A stretch of DNA of 64,000 bases from positions 4,278,001 to 4,342,000 of the forward strand of contig JAYWIR010000013.1 of assembly GCA_036172245.1 (NCBI GenBank), given 5' to 3'. This DNA is from Raillietiella orientalis. Its lineage: Eukaryota. This document shows, in pieces, positions 61,010 through 64,000 of this stretch. The notes under the pieces are model-generated. The model did no database searches. It had not been told where the DNA came from and saw nothing but the letters and a program-made list of their open reading frames with translations. The translations under genes were made by a program, and so were the position numbers. Positions within the stretch are counted from its first letter, which is position 1; every line of letters starts with the position of its first letter.

Positions 61010-61547
61010 ATGCTGCGTGTCATTGCAGGGAAACATCGTGGAAGAAAGACAGCTCCAGGTAAGCATTTAGCCGCACGGCCAACTGGGAGTGTTGTTCGGG
61101 AAGCAATGTTCAACACACTTTTTTCAAAAAAGGCCTGTTTATAACTCAAACGTACTTGATCTGTGCTGTGGAAGTGGCTCTTTTTCATTTGAAGCACTAT
61201 CCCGCGGCACCAAACATGCATTTGTGGTAGATTCAAATCATTACGATTTGCAATTACCTAAAAAAACAGCCAAAGACCTCGGCGTTGCAAACAAGATTAC
61301 ACTAATTTGCCGCAGCGCTTACCAAAACCTATTCCACAATGCGACATACTTTTTGTAGACCCACCTTACAATAGATCCACTCAACTTTAGATGGATTAGT
61401 TGAATCAGGCTGGTTAAGTGATGATGCATTGATAATTCTAGAGATTAGGAAGAACGAAGGTTTTCAGTGCAGCAAAAATTTTGGTATAGTCTTGGAGCGT
61501 ACTTGACAAAGATAATTTTTCTTGTATCTGCTTGGCAATGTGGCTAA
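61010..61547 (+). pseudogene. rsmD: 16S rRNA m2G966 methyltransferase RsmD pseudogene, Wolbachia-like
   Basis: MLRVIAGKHRGRK..GKHLAARPTGSVVREAMFNTL / RPVYNSNVLDLCCGSGSFSFEALSRG / LPKPIPQCDILFVDPPYN / LDGLVESGWLSDDALIILEIRKNE..ERT*. Frameshifts near 61130, 61320 and 61375, and a TGA at 61504-61506. Confidence 0.9.
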
Positions 61548-61759
61548 AAGGCACGTCACACAACTGCACGAGCACTGTGATTTAGAAAAAGGCATCATCC
61601 AAGTAGCATAAAAAAACCACCTGACAAACCTCACCAGCCTTTTTATCATGGTAGCAGTGAAGCTGTTTTATTTGCTTTCGCCAATCTGCAGATTAAAAAG
61701 TAAGGATTACTTAATGTATTGGTATCTAATTTTTTGCAGTATGCACGTACTGTGTGTCT

Positions 61760-61903
61760 TTACAAAACTTCATCTACATCTAGGTTTTTACCTACATAAG
61801 CTGAAACACGCTTAAAAAGCGTTTAAGACAACAAGAAACCCCAATACTCGACAGAGATAGTGAATGACGAGCCGCACTGGGGTTCCTTTGCCTTTTTTTT
61901 CTG
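61760..61903. repeat. Wolbachia-type dispersed intergenic repeat
   Basis: TAAGCTGAAACACGCTTAAAAAGCGTTTAAGAC...AATACTCGACAGAGATAGTGAATGAC...GGGGTTCCTTTGCCTTTTTTTTCTG resembles the intergenic repeat I recall from Wolbachia genomes (from memory, not searched). Confidence 0.6.
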
Positions 61904-64000
61904 GGGCTCGCCAAGTCCAACAAGGGGTGGGGTAAGTTTATTTTCTTTTAAATCTCATTCATTCTACAATCACATTAATACAACATACCAACACTTTATC
62001 ACTTTGAAGTCCTGGGGGGTATCACAAGTTTTGCTTTCAGGGTGGGTTTCCAGATGTTTGGTTCCGGGCGTCGTCTTCAATCCTCTTCAGGATGAATTGG
62101 TACGTCCAGGCATGGAGTCATCCACACTTCCTGATGCCGATCTCCCTCTTGATGAGTCCTTGCAGGATCTCCATCGGGGGTGCGGCTCTTCTGGCTTTTC
62201 TTATCTTCCAACACCACACAAGTATGACGGTGATGAAGAGAGCAATGGTGGTCCTCACCATGGGATTGTAACAGGGAACATTACCATCTCCCTGGAACAT
62301 CCCAGCGAGGATTTCCATCACGGACTTGTTGTTGAGTCCCATGATCCTTTTCAGGATCAGACAGTCGTGTAGCAATGTGGGACACGTCAAGACATGAAGT
62401 CTCGTATCGATGTCTCCACATGCCGTGCATTCTTCATCTTCCCGTCTCCGTGTGAGGTGCTTGAGCCTGGACCCGCTCTGGATTCCTCCATGATAAAGCA
62501 TCAGGAGGTTGTCCTGGGTGTCCGGCGGAAGGTCACTCCTCCAGAGCGTCGTGACGATCGCCAACAGGTTGATCCTGTCACTCCCGTAGCGATCGGTGGC
62601 TTCTTGGAGGGCACTGGTGTCTTGGTCCTGGTCCTTGATAATCTTCCGGAGGTTCATCTTGGTTACCTTAGACCACGCGAAGTCGTTGTGGTTTATCCAC
62701 ACTTCGCTGGTCTTATGGGTGAACCTACCTAGCATCATCTCTATATACCGAAGTATACGAGTGTGATGTAGGTATCCCCTCGTCGCCATTCCTGGCTTTT
62801 TTGCAGGGTAACTCTGGGCCGCTGGGAGATCCAGCTTCTCGTGTCCGGAGGGACCGGAAGCATCCACGGGATCACCAGGATGGATTCCTCCTGCCAGAGT
62901 TCCCTGCTTCTCGGCACGATCTTGATGTTGTGCTTGCGCACCAGCCGTTGCCTTCTCCTCCAGGTTGGGTCTATGGTGTTCCACGGCTCGGCCTAGCAGC
63001 GCAGTCATCAGGCCATTTGAGTTGTTCAACAACAACGCATAGGCCCTATGCTCCGCGTACGGCCAGTCATCCCAGTGAGTAGCGATATCCAGGATGTGTC
63101 GCAAATTTTCATGATTTCCATGGAGTGTGCAAGCGACTTCATCCTGGAACCGCCCTCTTCTCTAGGACGACACAGGGGTTTCAAACGAACTCTAGGGCGA
63201 TAATGCCCCCACAATGTCTTTCTTTGCAGCTTTCCCACTTCTCTCGTGTTGTTTTTCTGCATTCTCGCGAAGGCCGCTCCGAAGAGCACCTTTGGAAGGA
63301 GTACTCCATTCCAGAGGTTGGCCTTTCGCTTCATGCGAAAGTCCAGTCGGGTGTACTTCGCTGCTTCCTTTATCGTTTTCCCCAAGATTTCCGTCCACAG
63401 TAGCTTCGACGCAGAGTTGTCGCTGATGTAGACTCCCAGGTACTTGGCAGTGTCCACCGTTCGGAATCCTCTCCCCGTGAGTACGGAGAGATCCAGGATT
63501 CCGACGGGCAAAAGATGGCTCTTCTGGGCGTTGATCTTCAGGCCCAGTCCTTCCATAAGCGTCATCACATCCAGGAACGCTTGCTGATCCCTCTCTCTCC
63601 TGATGAAAAAGAGGAGGTCGTCGGCGTAGGCGAGATGGGTGAGCTTCTGGTGGTCGATGTTAATCTCACGTAGTCGCCCGCTCTTCTCGATGAAAGAAGA
63701 CAGGGCCTCCATGTAGATAACGAACAGCATCGGACTTGGCGAGTCACCCTGCCGAACTCCTCGTTCCATCCGAATGGCTGCTGTTTCTACCCTGTTGATC
63801 TTGATCCGGAAACGTTGATTCCGGAGGATCATTTCTACGAAGTTGCTGAAGTATTCCGGAAGTCCCAGCTTTTCCAGAATCTTCAGCAGAATCCCGTGAT
63901 CGATGGTGTCGAAGGCTTTCTCCATGTCGGTAAAAGCTAGCACCAGGTTCTCGCCGTCCCTAAGGTATCGGCTAAGTCCCACGGTGGCCTGCGCGCACTT
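61904..64000 (-). mobile_element. Non-LTR retrotransposon (L1/Tx1-like) ORF2 3' half plus 3' UTR, relatively young, continues beyond the window
   Basis: RT motifs LAFTDMEKAFDTIDH, GVRQGDSPSPMLF, AYADDL, GLKINAQKS, KYLGV, PREEGG; frameshift near 63105; C-terminal CTACGDIDTRLHVLTC zinc knuckle; stop at 62118; AATAAA (minus) at 61942-61937. Confidence 0.93.

Noticed and set aside
1..64000. CRISPR array, rRNA, tRNA or an intact prokaryotic operon/defence system
   Set aside because: No regularly spaced repeats or structural RNA signatures seen; the window is eukaryotic and the only bacterial segment is a short pseudogenised fragment.

Overview
Metazoan (invertebrate, probably arthropod) nuclear DNA, not prokaryotic. 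Three spliced genes can be reconstructed by hand with GT-AG sites and consistent phases. (1) A 10-exon prolyl 4-hydroxylase alpha subunit (+, 22079-40041, ~542 aa). (2) CHCHD4/MIA40 (+, 42418-43064). (3) A TMEM8/PGAP6-family CREST membrane protein (-, 43134-46032, first exon not found). The last two are convergent and sit in a compact, CpG-poor block with many introns of only 39-48 nt. Most of the rest, including the large P4H introns, consists of decayed L1/Tx1-like non-LTR retrotransposons plus AT-rich foldback-type elements. Most of the six-frame ORFs are spurious. Highlights: a pseudogenised Wolbachia-like DNA fragment (rsmD plus neighbours, ~60683-61903) fused to the 3' end of a young LINE in a layout compatible with 3' transduction; an apparently perfect 775-bp inverted repeat embedded in diverged flanks; and a LINE family with a conserved polyA-signal/hairpin 3' end. 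All family assignments are from motif recognition only; no database searches were run.
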